From Paraglomus brasilianum (taxonomy: Eukaryota): 53,894 nucleotides of DNA. The notes beneath the pieces are model-generated. The model saw only the letters and a list, made by a program, of their open reading frames with translations. It was not told the origin of the DNA and did no database searches. Below are positions 38,010 through 49,489 of the stretch, in pieces (within the stretch, counting starts at the first letter, position 1; every line of letters starts with the position of its first letter). A program made the translations under genes and the position numbers. The stretch covers positions 1 to 53,894 of the forward strand of contig CAJVPI010000102.1 in NCBI GenBank assembly GCA_910592345.1, given 5' to 3'.

Positions 38010-38836
38010 TTTCGTATAGCAGACTATGAGTTAAGAGAGTGAGTGAGAGAGTGAGAAAAGTTATTTAAATGTGAGCTTATACTTTATGTTCGCACGCTAT
38101 TTTCCATAACATCGTACTAGTGAGTAAAAAATCAAAAATGCTACTACTGCAAGTGTATTTTCGATTTCTCGTGAGATATGATCTATATTTCCAACAAGCA
38201 AAAAATTAAATTACTTACTTCTAGTTAGCTGACAACTTTTGTTTTGATCTTGTTAATGTTTACGATTTTCACTGTTATATATATGTATGCTGGATATCGT
38301 AACAGTGGCCTGTTACATGCATGCAGAAATGGTCATGTGGATAATGTGTTCTTATTGTGGTGACAAAAATTAATATTAATGTGTTGCGTTGCGTTGCGCC
38401 CCGCATATTAACAAGCCAATCGATGTGCAACAAATAAATAGCTCCGTTATATTTATACAGCAGCGAAAGATATCTATAGCACGTGTTAAAATTGACCAAT
38501 GAATATGAGACTTCCGTTAGTTTGACACATTCTCACCAACATTGTTGGTGTGACACGGTTTAAGTGTGGCAAGTTTACGCTGAACAGAATACAGAAATAA
38601 CAGATTCATAACTGACTGTACTACATTGTGCGAATGTGCTATATTTTCTGTTAAGCGACATTATAATTAATTTGAATGAGAGCAATGACATTAAAAAGGG
38701 TAAAGATCAATGTCATCGAATGTAAAACTTCCACGAATCTTAGCGACCAAAAACAATATATTATTGCTCCCTTCGCTAAGTCAGATACCGGAAAATACCT
38801 ATTTAAGAAAGAATCAGGATAGGGTAAAGGTACAAA

Positions 38837-40461
38837 TGTTCTGACCCATTTCCGAACTCGATCATAATGCAACAATAATATCAATGTAATAGTGAACGCT
38901 CGAACAAGCGAATTTATTTATGAATAGCAAATATGAAAAACATAATAGTAATAATAAAAAGAAAATTAAAGTTTAACGCAGTCAGCATATGCTGAATGCA
39001 CATTGTTTATTCAATCTATGACAAAAAAAAATACATATCCTCTATTGCGTCTCGCTCACTCTGCACCTCCTCTCATATCAAAACTAAGGAAATGTTAGCA
39101 TATCCCTCTTGCAAATTCTCACACTCTACTCCCTACCATTTCACGTATACTCAATGCACTAAACGTATACTCAATGCACTAATAAACGTCTAATATTCCT
39201 GAAATATGATAATCACGATATTGCGTTAACACGTGCAAATGCAGCAACTATTTTTCTAGGAGTTCTTCGAATGTCCTTCTGTAGCCAGCGTGTTGTAAAC
39301 TCGATATGTAGGATAGATTACAACGTACATATTCTCTCTAACACACACGGGGGGGGGTTTATACTTTTTTTGAGTAGTAGAATTTTCATCATGCTGGACA
39401 TTTGCAGTACCAGTTTATATCTTTGATTCGCACTTGTGTCTGAACCGCTAAGGATTTCAGTCGCCTGGTTTACGATTTGTTGAGTCAGAATGGCTTTTGT
39501 GCGACAATTAAGTGACATATTATTCAAGTAATTCTCCACTAATTCATCAAATCTGGCGCGAGATGAAGTTAAAATGATTATTAGACATGTTTGTTTCCTG
39601 ACGATGTTAAGTGAAAGACACCGAATTGCAATGTTGATATTCCTCAATTTATAAATATGTCTTCATTCTATTTCTTTTGAAAACTTGTCCATGATCCTTT
39701 TTGTTAAAGATTTGATCATACGATTCATTATATTCTACTAGTCTGTTTAGATCATCTGATTTGCCTTACCAGCTTGCAAGTTTGTTGATGTGGTAGCTAT
39801 TTAGAGATCGTATGTTTTAGGGCTTTTAACAAAAAGGATTGTAAGCCACAAAGAAATAGAACGATAATTTGTTTCGAAAATTGTATGCTAGTCAAAAACG
39901 ATTAAGATCTTCAACAAAAAGGATAGTAAGGGAATCCAGCAATCACAAAGAACAGAACGATTGAATAATTGAATGTCTAAATCGTATGCTAGTCAAAACG
40001 ATTAAGATCTTCAACAAAAAGGATTCAGCAATCACAAAGAACAGAACGATTGAATAATTGAATGTCTAAATCGTATGATGGTCAAAATAATTAGGCTTTA
40101 ACAAAAAAGAATTGTAAGGTAATTCAGCAATCACAAAGAATAGAAAGTGGTAGAGAGGTCAATACAAGTTTGGGAATATTAGACATTCGCTACTATACAG
40201 CTGACTTGCTGTTGAAGCAGAGTTTCCTGACCTGTTAACTATTCCGGAGACTGTTGTATCTTTGACCGAAGCACTTAGATTGCAAAATTGTTCCACACGA
40301 AAATGTTCTTGTCGAAGATTAAATAAGCAATGTGGAATTCACTGTCATCTTACAAATACTGACTGTGTTAACGACTAACTGCCAGTTATAAAAAGCGTCA
40401 ACTAATTAGAGGCATTAATTTTTCTCTTTTTATTATTACATATATGTTATTCACAAAATAA
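38837..40461. mobile_element. Second member of the palindromic Ginger2/KRBA2-like family
   Basis: Starts TGTTCTGACCCA like 16411. The left arm (minus strand) encodes ARFDELVENYLNNMSLNCRTKAILTQ. The right arm (40214-40378) encodes the Cys-rich C-terminus CSTRKCSCRRLNKQCGIHCHLTNTDCVND*. It shares its central core with 17140-17235. Confidence 0.72.
39828..40145 (+). repeat. Four tandem ~85-100 bp units inside the element
   Basis: AACAAAAA(A)G(G)AT...CACAAAGAA.AGAACGAT...ATCGTATGCTAGTCAAAA units start at ~39828, 39913, 40013 and 40100. Confidence 0.85.
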
Positions 40462-40835
40462 GCGATTATAAATGGAGGATTCTAGTTGTTGGTAAACCAA
40501 AGACAACACTGAAACCAGAGCCTTTGATCGAAACCATTATTTAAAAACTGTCGTTAATCGAAATCGGCAGTAAGTGTTGTTGCCAATTCTTTGTAACGAA
40601 TTTATATCAAGAATATAAAGCTAGCAATACTCTGCTTCGTTGCGGTTAACTATTTTTTGTAATCTGCAGTTAATCCATCTTCTCATTAAATTGATATGCA
40701 GCGCAATCTTTAGCATTTTTGTTTACCAACACCGTGCCATGTGATACAAGATGATCGACCGGATCAAAAGACGCTGATTATGATCCACACTTAATATTTT
40801 CAACAATAAATTGTAAAGTAAGTTATTAATACTCA

Positions 40836-42901
40836 ATGAATAGCAATCAACAATATTATGGTTCTGAGGTAGACTCTTCGACCTCCTCCCAAACAGCAAC
40901 ACCGTCGCTGCAACAGCAACAATCACAGCACAATTCGCCTTCACAAACACTTCAGAACCAACACGAATTAGAACAACAAGAATCAAACCCGGCGGAAACG
41001 TCAGTTAAAGCCGAGCCTGAACAACAGACTGACGAGTCACCTAACGGTAAGGACTCGGAAACAAAAAAAAAGAGAGCAGGACCAAAGAGGCGAAAAGTTA
41101 CTCATGGTATGTTATGTAATCGTGGATTATGCAGCGACTATTCTGTATGTTTGACAACGTGACTATTTGCTTGTGTAGCTTGCGTTTACTGCCGACGTTC
41201 ACATATGACCTGTGATGATGGTAGGTGTGCAAATTGCGAACAAGAAATACGAGGCAAGGATGCCGCGACCTAATAATTTCTATTTTACTCAATGCAGGGA
41301 GGCCGTGCCAAAGATGTATAAAACGGAGCATAGGTCATCTATGTCATGACGAGCCAAAGGGCGCTCATGGCGCTCAGATAATGAATCAACCACCTGCTGT
41401 TGTGACTCAGAATGTTATGAATGCGTTGTCGCATGTTAATTCGGAAGGTATATCCATCATTCTTATATTCTCGGTCTCATATCCAATATATAGTCTATTA
41501 TTATTTTTCTAACTCTGTCTTATGTCTAGTGCTTTGTGGCCCCCCGAATCTTGCTAATGTATCACTTTCTGGTTACAATCCTATACCTTCCTATTCACAA
41601 TTTCCTACGGCCCCATTGACGTTTGCAAGTGAACACATGGGCAATGAGTTCACAGTAATTACTGATTTTCTAGAAAGTGCAAATGGACATCATACATATC
41701 AGCACGCTGACGGTACTCTCGTGAACACTACTGAGAAGTTTTTTTTAATAGCCGCTGATCCATCCGATGGAACATCACAAGACAGATTGATGCAAGTGAT
41801 AGCTGCAAAGTTTGAGGCTGGACTATTGAAACCATACAACTACGTAAATGGTTACGCGAGATTACAGAAACATATGGAGACTCAGTGAGTATGACTGAAT
41901 TTAATTTGTATGCTCTCTCAATGCTAATGTTTTATCGACGAAACGCTTATTTGCTTTGTCTTTCAAATAGTATGTCCAATTTAAGTCGACAAAGAATCGT
42001 CAATTCTTTAGGGAAATTTAGACCTCATTTTAGAGCCGTGGCCCAATCTTTGACTGACATGGATTTGGTGCTTGTTGAGGAAGCATTCGAGAGACTTTTA
42101 CTGGTTAGGCTTTGCTTATCGTTATTTATACAGTACGCACCGCGCTGGGCTTACATTTATGATCGGTTACAGGATTACGATAGGGTCTTTAGTTCTATGG
42201 GAATTCCTGCATGTCTTTGGCGAAGATCAGGAGAGATTTACAAAGGCAATGAGGAATTTGCTAAGCTAATTGGTGTGCCAACTGAAACATTGCGGGAGGG
42301 CAGAATGTGTATATACGAAGTAAGAGTTTATTTTTCCTACAAATTGTTCTTGATTGTCACTATGTAAGAATTTTACCGCAGCCTTTCTGATATCTATTAA
42401 TGCAATATTTTGTAAGCTAATGGCCGAAGACTCTGCTGTAAATTACTGGGAAGTATGTATAAAAGTTCACGAACACCGGTACACTTTTTTTTTTTGCACC
42501 GAATTTGACACTTACTTTCATTAAATCGTACAGAAATATGGAAATATAGCCTTTGATCCTGGACAGAAGGCGGTCCTAACCTCATGTATACTCAAAAATC
42601 CTGATCCGGAAAGTAGAACGACAATACAATGTTGTTTTTCATTTACCATTAGGCGGGATAAATATAATATGTAAGCACAAGTCAGACATTTTCTGTGTTG
42701 TCCATTTATTTCAGTGGTTTAGTTCTATATCTAACCAAATCTAAATTTTCGATCTTTATAACTGAATCCTGATAATAGTCCGGTAAGTATTTCAAAAATT
42801 TCAGTGACGCCTTACGACCCGTATAAATATGTTCATAATTTACGATATTTATATTTTCACAGTCTGCCATTGTTGGTAACTTTCTACCTCAGACTTCATA
42901 A
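40836..42901 (+). CDS. acuM: Zn(II)2Cys6 gluconeogenesis regulator AcuM/Rds2-like with C-terminal PAS-like domain, multi-exon
   Basis: KRRKVTH|ACVYCRRSHMTCDD|GRPCQRCIKRSIGHLCHDEP, FFLIAADP, AGLLKPYNYVNGYARL, DYDRVFSSMGIPACLWRRSGEI and CCFSFTIRRDKYNIPSAIVGNFLP. Confidence 0.88.
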
Positions 42902-44245
42902 GCCAATGAACAAAGTTATCAGAAGCCATGTACCGTTACGGTATTGTAATTATTATACACATTAATTGCGCTTGTGTTAATATAGCAACAACAATTCAGC
43001 AGGCCATGAGTACTTGAAACGAGTAGTTGATACACACGCTACTATTGCTATTGATACGCCAGCTTTAATAAATGTAATTTGTAGGTATGTCATAAATCTC
43101 CGCTTAATGTGACAGCTACTTGCCGTGTGTTCGTATATGGGTGGATGATTATTCAAATTGACATGAATTTTCCATCATACATGCGTGGTATCTACAACGC
43201 ATGGCCATGAATTAGACCATGATAAGGACACATTTCACCTTTTGCTATATATCGAATAATCTTCATTGACAACCTTCTGCCTGCTCCTCTTCAAGCTTTG
43301 GAAGATAATACATTTGTGTGTCCTAGTTTTTACTATTATCTCACGTGTAACTGTATGAACACTTTTACGGAGGTATCACCAGTCAATTGCGTCTTTAACG
43401 TGCGACAATTTGAGATAGTTTTATTATCGAAGTAACTGTATAGCAAAGATAAAATGCGATTCAACTGACTAGCCGAATATGCCTTGTTATTCCCTCTGTT
43501 TGGGCTTGTTGTCATTGTGTCAATATCAAGAATAAACAGGAAAGGCGCTAAATAAATAATTACTGCGTGGATTTTAGTCAGTCTTAAATGAAACAGGGAT
43601 TAGAATAAAGGCAGTAGTACGAACTAAGTTCGGTTAGCATCCCCCTACATACAAAAAGGGTCACAAAATATGTCTCTTTTGCGTCAGGGTATTTATTACT
43701 TTATTAATTATTAATAAGCGGGCTTTCATTTCTTAACACTCGTATGTTTGTTAAACTATTCTTCTCTATCTGGTCTGATCCTCCAGCGTCCGCTTAATCT
43801 ATAGCTAGTTGCTACTTTAACTTTCGTAAGCTGGGTTACCCGGCCGGCCTAAACAACAGACTTGGGGCTACAACTGATACTAGTAATAGTCCACACCGAA
43901 GATTGTACAAACGACGTGTATTTAAAGGTATTCCTTATAATTGTTTCGGCCGCTGTCTGCTTTAAGAACTGTAATCAATACATATAGTTCCCATTCATAG
44001 CACCATATTTGTCATACAGGGGAACTTCCCGTTACACACACAACGTTTCGGATGCTGCGTATTTAATCGACAGGACCCCAATATATTACTGATAGCACAT
44101 CTAACAATACAAACTGTTCCAAAAAATTTCACGTATTCAATCAACACAAACTTCGTATATTGGATAAGAATTTAACACCGTTTCAATGCTGAGAAAGGTT
44201 TTCGCTATATGTGGTACTGGTGCATTTATACCCGGTTGCTCTAGA

Positions 44246-47200
44246 ATGAAAAAAGGACGTCATCGCGAGTCATATAACAGAGCAGCTGAACAGGGATATG
44301 CCAGTGCATTGTATAGTCTTGGTTACTGTTACCAATATGGAACTGGAGTAGAAAGAGATAAAACAAAAGCAATCGAGTTATATCACAGAGCCGCTGAACG
44401 AGGACACGCCAGTGCACAATATAACCTTGCTGCGTGTTATGAAGATGGAGTTGACATAGAAAAAGATGAGCAAAAGGCAGTAGAGTTGTATCAAAAGGCT
44501 GCTGAACAAGGATATTCCAGTGCACAATGTAGTCTCGCTGTATGTTATGCCAACGGAATTGGAGTAGAGAAAGATGAGCAAAAGGCAGTTGTGTTTTATC
44601 AAAAAGCTGCGGCACAAGGAAATGCCAGTGCACAATGTAATCTTGCTATATGTTATAAAGATGGAGCTGGCATAGAAAAAGATGAACAAAAAGCAGTTGA
44701 GCTATATCAAAAAGCTGCTGAACAAGGACATACTGGTGCAATATGTAGCCTTGGTTACTGTTACAACATTGGAATTGGAGTAGAAAAAGATGAACAAAAA
44801 GCAGTTGAGCTATATCAAAAAGCTGCTGAACAAGGACATTCCAGTGCACAATATAACCTTGCCTTATGTTTCAAAGATGGAATTGGGGTAGAAAGTGATG
44901 AACAAAAAGCAATCGAGTTTTATCAAAAAGCTGCTGAACAAGGACATGCTAGTGCACAATATAATCTTGCCCTACATTATAAAGATGGAATTGGAACAGA
45001 AATTAATGAAAAAAAAGTGTTTGAGTTATATCAAAAAGCAGCTCAACAAGGACATACTGGTGCATTATGTAGCCTTGGTTACTGTTATAATATTGGAATT
45101 GGAGTAGAAAAAGATGAGCAAAAAGCAGTTGAGTTTTATCAAAAAGCAGCTGAACAAGGACATGCCAGTGCACAATGTAATCTTGCTCTATGTTATAAAG
45201 ATGGAATTGGAGTAGAAAAAAATGAACAAAAAGCAGTTGAATTATATCAAAAAGCTGCTGAACAAGGACATGCCAATGCACAATATAACCTTGCTGTATG
45301 TCATGAGGATGGAATTGGAGTAGAAAAAGATGAAAAGAAAGCAGTTGAACTGTATCAAAAGGCTGCTAAAGAAGGACATGCCAGTGCACAATATAACCTT
45401 GCCTTATGTTATGAAGATGGATTCGGAGTAGAAAGAGATGAACAAAAAGCAGTTCAACTGTATCAAAAAGCAGCTGAACAAGGACATGTTAATGCACAAT
45501 ATAATCTTGCTGTATGTTATGAAGATGGAATTGGAATAGAAAAAAATGAAATGAAAGCAGTTGAACTGTATCAAAAAGCTGCTGAAAAAGGACATTCCAG
45601 TGCACAATATAATCTTGCTTTATGTTATGAAGATGGAATTGGAGTAGAAAAAGATGAACAAAAAGCAGTTGAGTTATATCAAAAAGCTGCTGACCAAGGA
45701 CATGCCAGTGCACAATGTAACCTTGCTTTATGTTATAAATATGGAATTGGAGTAAGAAGAGATGAACAAAAAACGGTTGACTTGATTCAAAAAGCTGCTA
45801 AACAAGGACATGCCAGTGCACAATATAATCTTGCTATATGTTATGAAGACGGAATTGGCCTAGAAAAAGATGAACAAAAAGCAGGTGAAATATATCAAAA
45901 AGCTACTGAGAGAGATGCCAGTATGCAATTTAATGGGATTGGATTAGAAATTGATAAACAAATAGCTGCTGAACAAGAACATATCCATGTGCAATATGAC
46001 CTTGCTGAATGTTATGAAGATGGAACTGGAGTAGGAAGAGATGAGCAAGAGTTATATCATAAAGCTGCAGAACAAGTAGAAAGTAATAAACAAAAAGTTG
46101 CTGAACAAGGACATGCTAGTGAACAATTTAATGGAATTGAAGCAGAAAGTGATGAACAAAAACATATCAATACACGATATAGCCTTGCTATATGTTATGA
46201 AGATGAAATTGGAGAAAAAGATGAACTAGAAGCAATTGAGTTATATCAAAAAGCAGCTGAAGGAGATGACTATACACAATTTAATGGAATTGGACTAGAA
46301 AGTAATGAAATTGAAGTAGAAAGTGGTGAACAAGAAGATGATAGTGTGCAATCTAATGAAATTGAAGCAGAAAGTGGTGAACAAGAAGATGATAGTGTGC
46401 AATCTAATGAAATTGAAATAGAAAGTGGTGAACAAGAAGATGATAGTGTGCAATCTAATGAAATTGAAATAGAAAGCAATGAACAGAAAGCAGCTGAGTT
46501 ATATCAAAAAACAGTTGAACAAGAAGATACCAGTGTACAATCTAATGAAATTGAAATAGAAAGTGGTGAACAAGAAGTGACTGAACAAGTGCAATATAAT
46601 AGGATTGGAGTAGAAAATAATGAACAGGAAGCTTTTGAATTATATCAAGATACAGTTGAACAAGGGGATGACAATGTACAATATAGTGAAATTGGAGATG
46701 AACAAGAAGTAGCTGAACAAGGAGATGGCAGTGTGCAATCTAATGAAATTGAAGTAGAAAGTTATGAACAAGAAATAGCTGAACAAGGAGATAACAGTGT
46801 GCCATATGAAATTGGAGTAGAAAGTTATGAAAAGGGAGCTTTTGGATTATATCAAAATACAGATGAACAAGGAGATGACAGTATGCAATATAGTGAAATT
46901 GGAGTAGAAAATGATGAACAAGAAGCAGTTGAGTTAGATCAAAATAGTGAAGATGGTGAACAAGTAGCTGAACAAAGAGATGACAGTGTGCAATCTAATG
47001 AAATTGAAGTAAAAAGTGATGAACAGAAGGCAGCTGAATTATATCAAAAAAGTGATGAACAAGAAGTAGCTGAACAAAGAGATGACAGTGTGCAATCTAA
47101 TGAAATTGAAGTACAAAGTGATAAACAGGAAGTTGTTGAGTTATATCAAAATACAGTTGAACAAGATGACACTGCACAATATAATGAAATTGAAGTAGAA

Positions 47201-49489
47201 AGTTATGATCAGGAAGCAGTTGAGTTAGATCAAAATACAGTTGACCAAGGAGATGCCATCATGTGGGAAGCTTTTAAGTTATTTCAAAATATAGTTGAAC
47301 AAGAAGACACTGCACAATATAATGAAATTGGAGTAGAAAGTCATGAACAGGAAGCAGTTGAGTTAGATCAAAATACAGTTGAACAAGAAGATGCCATTGT
47401 GTGGGAAGCTTTTAAGTTATTTCAAAATATAGTTGAACAAGGAGATGACACTGCACAATATAATGGAATTAGAGTAGAAAGTTATGAACAGGAAGCAGTT
47501 GAGTTAGATCAAAATAGTGAAATTGGAGTAGAAGATGATGAACAAGTAGCTAAACAAAGAGATGACAGTGTGCAATCTAATGAAATTGAAGTAGAAAGCA
47601 ATGAACAGAAAGCAGTTGAGCTACATCAAAAAACAGCTGAACAAGAAGATGATAGTGTACAATCTAATGAAATTGAAGTCAAAAGTGATGAACAAGAAGT
47701 AGCTGAACAAAGAGATGATAGTGTACAATTGAATGAAATTGAAGTAGAAAGTAATAAACAGAAAGCAGCTGAGTTATATCAAAAAACAGCTGAACAAGAA
47801 GATGACAATGTGCAATCTAATGAAATTGGTGCAGAAAGTGATGAACAAGAAGTAGCTGAACAAGGGGATGCCAGTGTACAATCTAATGAAATTGGTGCAG
47901 AAATCAATGAGCAGAAAGCAGTTGAGCTACTTCAAAAAACAGATGCACAAGGAGTAGCTGAACAAGAAGTAGTTGAACAAGTGCAATATAATGAAATTGG
48001 ATTAGAAAATGATGAACAGAAAGCAGCTGAGCTACTTCAAAAAGCAGCTGAACAAGAAGATAACAATGTGCAATCTATTGAAATTGGAGTAGAAAATGAA
48101 GACAACAATGTGCAATCTATTGAAATTGGAGTAGAAAATGAACAAGTAGCTGAACAAGGAGATACCAGTATGCAATCTAATGAAATTGGAGTAGAAAATG
48201 ATGAACAGAAAGCAGCTGAGCTACTTCAAAAAATGGCTGAACAAGAAGATAACAATGTGCAATCTATTGAAATTGGAGTAGAAAATGAAGACAACAATAT
48301 GCAATCTATTGAAATTGGAGTAGAAAATGAACAAGTAGCTGAACAAGAAGATACCAGTATGCAATCTAATGAAATTAGAGTAGAAAATGATGAACAGAAA
48401 GCAGCTGAGTTATATCAAAAAACAGCTGAACAAGAAGATAACAATGTGCAATCTATTGAAATTGGAATAGAAAATGATGAACAAGTAGCTGAACAAGGAG
48501 ATACCAGTATGCAATCTATTGAAATTGGAGTAGAAAGTGAACAAAAAGTAACTAAACAAGGAGATGACAGTGTGCAATATAATGAAATTGGAATAGAAAA
48601 TGATGAACAGAAAGCAGCTGAGTTATATCAAAAAACAGCTGAACAAGAAGATAACAATGTGCAATCTAATGAAATTGGAGCAGAAAGTGAACAAAAAGTG
48701 ACTGAACAAGGAGATGACAGTGTGCAATCTAATGAAGTTGAAGTTGGAAGTGATGAACAGAAAGCAGTTGAGCTATATCAAAAAACAGCTGAACAAGGAC
48801 ATGCCAGTGCACAATATAACCTTGCTCTATGTTATAAAGATGGGATTGGAGTAGAAAAGGATGAACAAAAAGCAGTGGAGTTATATCAAAAAGCAGCTGA
48901 ACAAGGACATGCCAGTGCACAGTATAATCTTGCTCTATGTTATAAAGATGGAATTGGTGTAGAAAAAGACAAGAAAAAAGCAGTTGACTTTATTCAAAAA
49001 GCAGCTGATCAAGGAAATGCCTGTGCTCAATTTAAGCTGGCTGCATATTATAAAGTTGGACTTGGAGTAGAAAAAAGTGAGCAGAAAGCAGTTGAGTTAA
49101 CTCAAAAAGCAGCTGAACAAGGGCATGCCAATGCACTATATAACCTTGCTACATATCATAAAAATGGAACTGGAGTAGAAAAAAATGAAGAAAAAGCCAT
49201 TGAGTTATATCAAAAAGCTGCTGAACAGGGAGATGCCAATGCACAATTTAAACTGGCTTCATGTTATAAGCTTGGAATTGGAGTAGAAAGAAATGTGCAA
49301 AAAGCAACAGAGTTAACTCAAAAAGCAGCTGAACAAGGACATATCAATGCACAATATAACCTTGCTATATATTATAAAAATGGAATTGGCATAGAAAAAA
49401 ATAAGCAAAAAGCAATTGAGTTTTTTCAAAAAGCTGCTGAACAAGGACATGCCATTGCACAATCTAAGCTGGCTGCATTTTGTAACTAG
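44246..49489 (+). CDS. Giant Sel1-like repeat protein: 15 intact repeats, ~960-aa acidic degenerate repeat region, then 6 intact repeats
   Basis: ORF 44186-49489. The probable start is ATG 44246, which is homologous to ATG 18433 (shared TTTATACCCGGTT...CTAG.ATG context). Confidence 0.88.
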   Translation: MKKGRHRESYNRAAEQGYASALYSLGYCYQYGTGVERDKTKAIELYHRAAERGHASAQYNLAACYEDGVDIEKDEQKAVELYQKAAEQGYSSAQCSLAVCYANGIGVEKDEQKAVVFYQKAAAQGNASAQCNLAICYKDGAGIEKDEQKAVELYQKAAEQGHTGAICSLGYCYNIGIGVEKDEQKAVELYQKAAEQGHSSAQYNLALCFKDGIGVESDEQKAIEFYQKAAEQGHASAQYNLALHYKDGIGTEINEKKVFELYQKAAQQGHTGALCSLGYCYNIGIGVEKDEQKAVEFYQKAAEQGHASAQCNLALCYKDGIGVEKNEQKAVELYQKAAEQGHANAQYNLAVCHEDGIGVEKDEKKAVELYQKAAKEGHASAQYNLALCYEDGFGVERDEQKAVQLYQKAAEQGHVNAQYNLAVCYEDGIGIEKNEMKAVELYQKAAEKGHSSAQYNLALCYEDGIGVEKDEQKAVELYQKAADQGHASAQCNLALCYKYGIGVRRDEQKTVDLIQKAAKQGHASAQYNLAICYEDGIGLEKDEQKAGEIYQKATERDASMQFNGIGLEIDKQIAAEQEHIHVQYDLAECYEDGTGVGRDEQELYHKAAEQVESNKQKVAEQGHASEQFNGIEAESDEQKHINTRYSLAICYEDEIGEKDELEAIELYQKAAEGDDYTQFNGIGLESNEIEVESGEQEDDSVQSNEIEAESGEQEDDSVQSNEIEIESGEQEDDSVQSNEIEIESNEQKAAELYQKTVEQEDTSVQSNEIEIESGEQEVTEQVQYNRIGVENNEQEAFELYQDTVEQGDDNVQYSEIGDEQEVAEQGDGSVQSNEIEVESYEQEIAEQGDNSVPYEIGVESYEKGAFGLYQNTDEQGDDSMQYSEIGVENDEQEAVELDQNSEDGEQVAEQRDDSVQSNEIEVKSDEQKAAELYQKSDEQEVAEQRDDSVQSNEIEVQSDKQEVVELYQNTVEQDDTAQYNEIEVESYDQEAVELDQNTVDQGDAIMWEAFKLFQNIVEQEDTAQYNEIGVESHEQEAVELDQNTVEQEDAIVWEAFKLFQNIVEQGDDTAQYNGIRVESYEQEAVELDQNSEIGVEDDEQVAKQRDDSVQSNEIEVESNEQKAVELHQKTAEQEDDSVQSNEIEVKSDEQEVAEQRDDSVQLNEIEVESNKQKAAELYQKTAEQEDDNVQSNEIGAESDEQEVAEQGDASVQSNEIGAEINEQKAVELLQKTDAQGVAEQEVVEQVQYNEIGLENDEQKAAELLQKAAEQEDNNVQSIEIGVENEDNNVQSIEIGVENEQVAEQGDTSMQSNEIGVENDEQKAAELLQKMAEQEDNNVQSIEIGVENEDNNMQSIEIGVENEQVAEQEDTSMQSNEIRVENDEQKAAELYQKTAEQEDNNVQSIEIGIENDEQVAEQGDTSMQSIEIGVESEQKVTKQGDDSVQYNEIGIENDEQKAAELYQKTAEQEDNNVQSNEIGAESEQKVTEQGDDSVQSNEVEVGSDEQKAVELYQKTAEQGHASAQYNLALCYKDGIGVEKDEQKAVELYQKAAEQGHASAQYNLALCYKDGIGVEKDKKKAVDFIQKAADQGNACAQFKLAAYYKVGLGVEKSEQKAVELTQKAAEQGHANALYNLATYHKNGTGVEKNEEKAIELYQKAAEQGDANAQFKLASCYKLGIGVERNVQKATELTQKAAEQGHINAQYNLAIYYKNGIGIEKNKQKAIEFFQKAAEQGHAIAQSKLAAFCN

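Noticed and set aside
39828..40145. Regular repeats resembling a CRISPR array
   Set aside because: The units are tandem with no unique spacers, there are no cas genes, and the context is a eukaryotic transposon.
44186..44245. N-terminal MLRKVFAICGTGAFIPGCSR as a signal peptide
   Set aside because: It is weakly hydrophobic and aligns to non-coding sequence upstream of the paralog's ATG.
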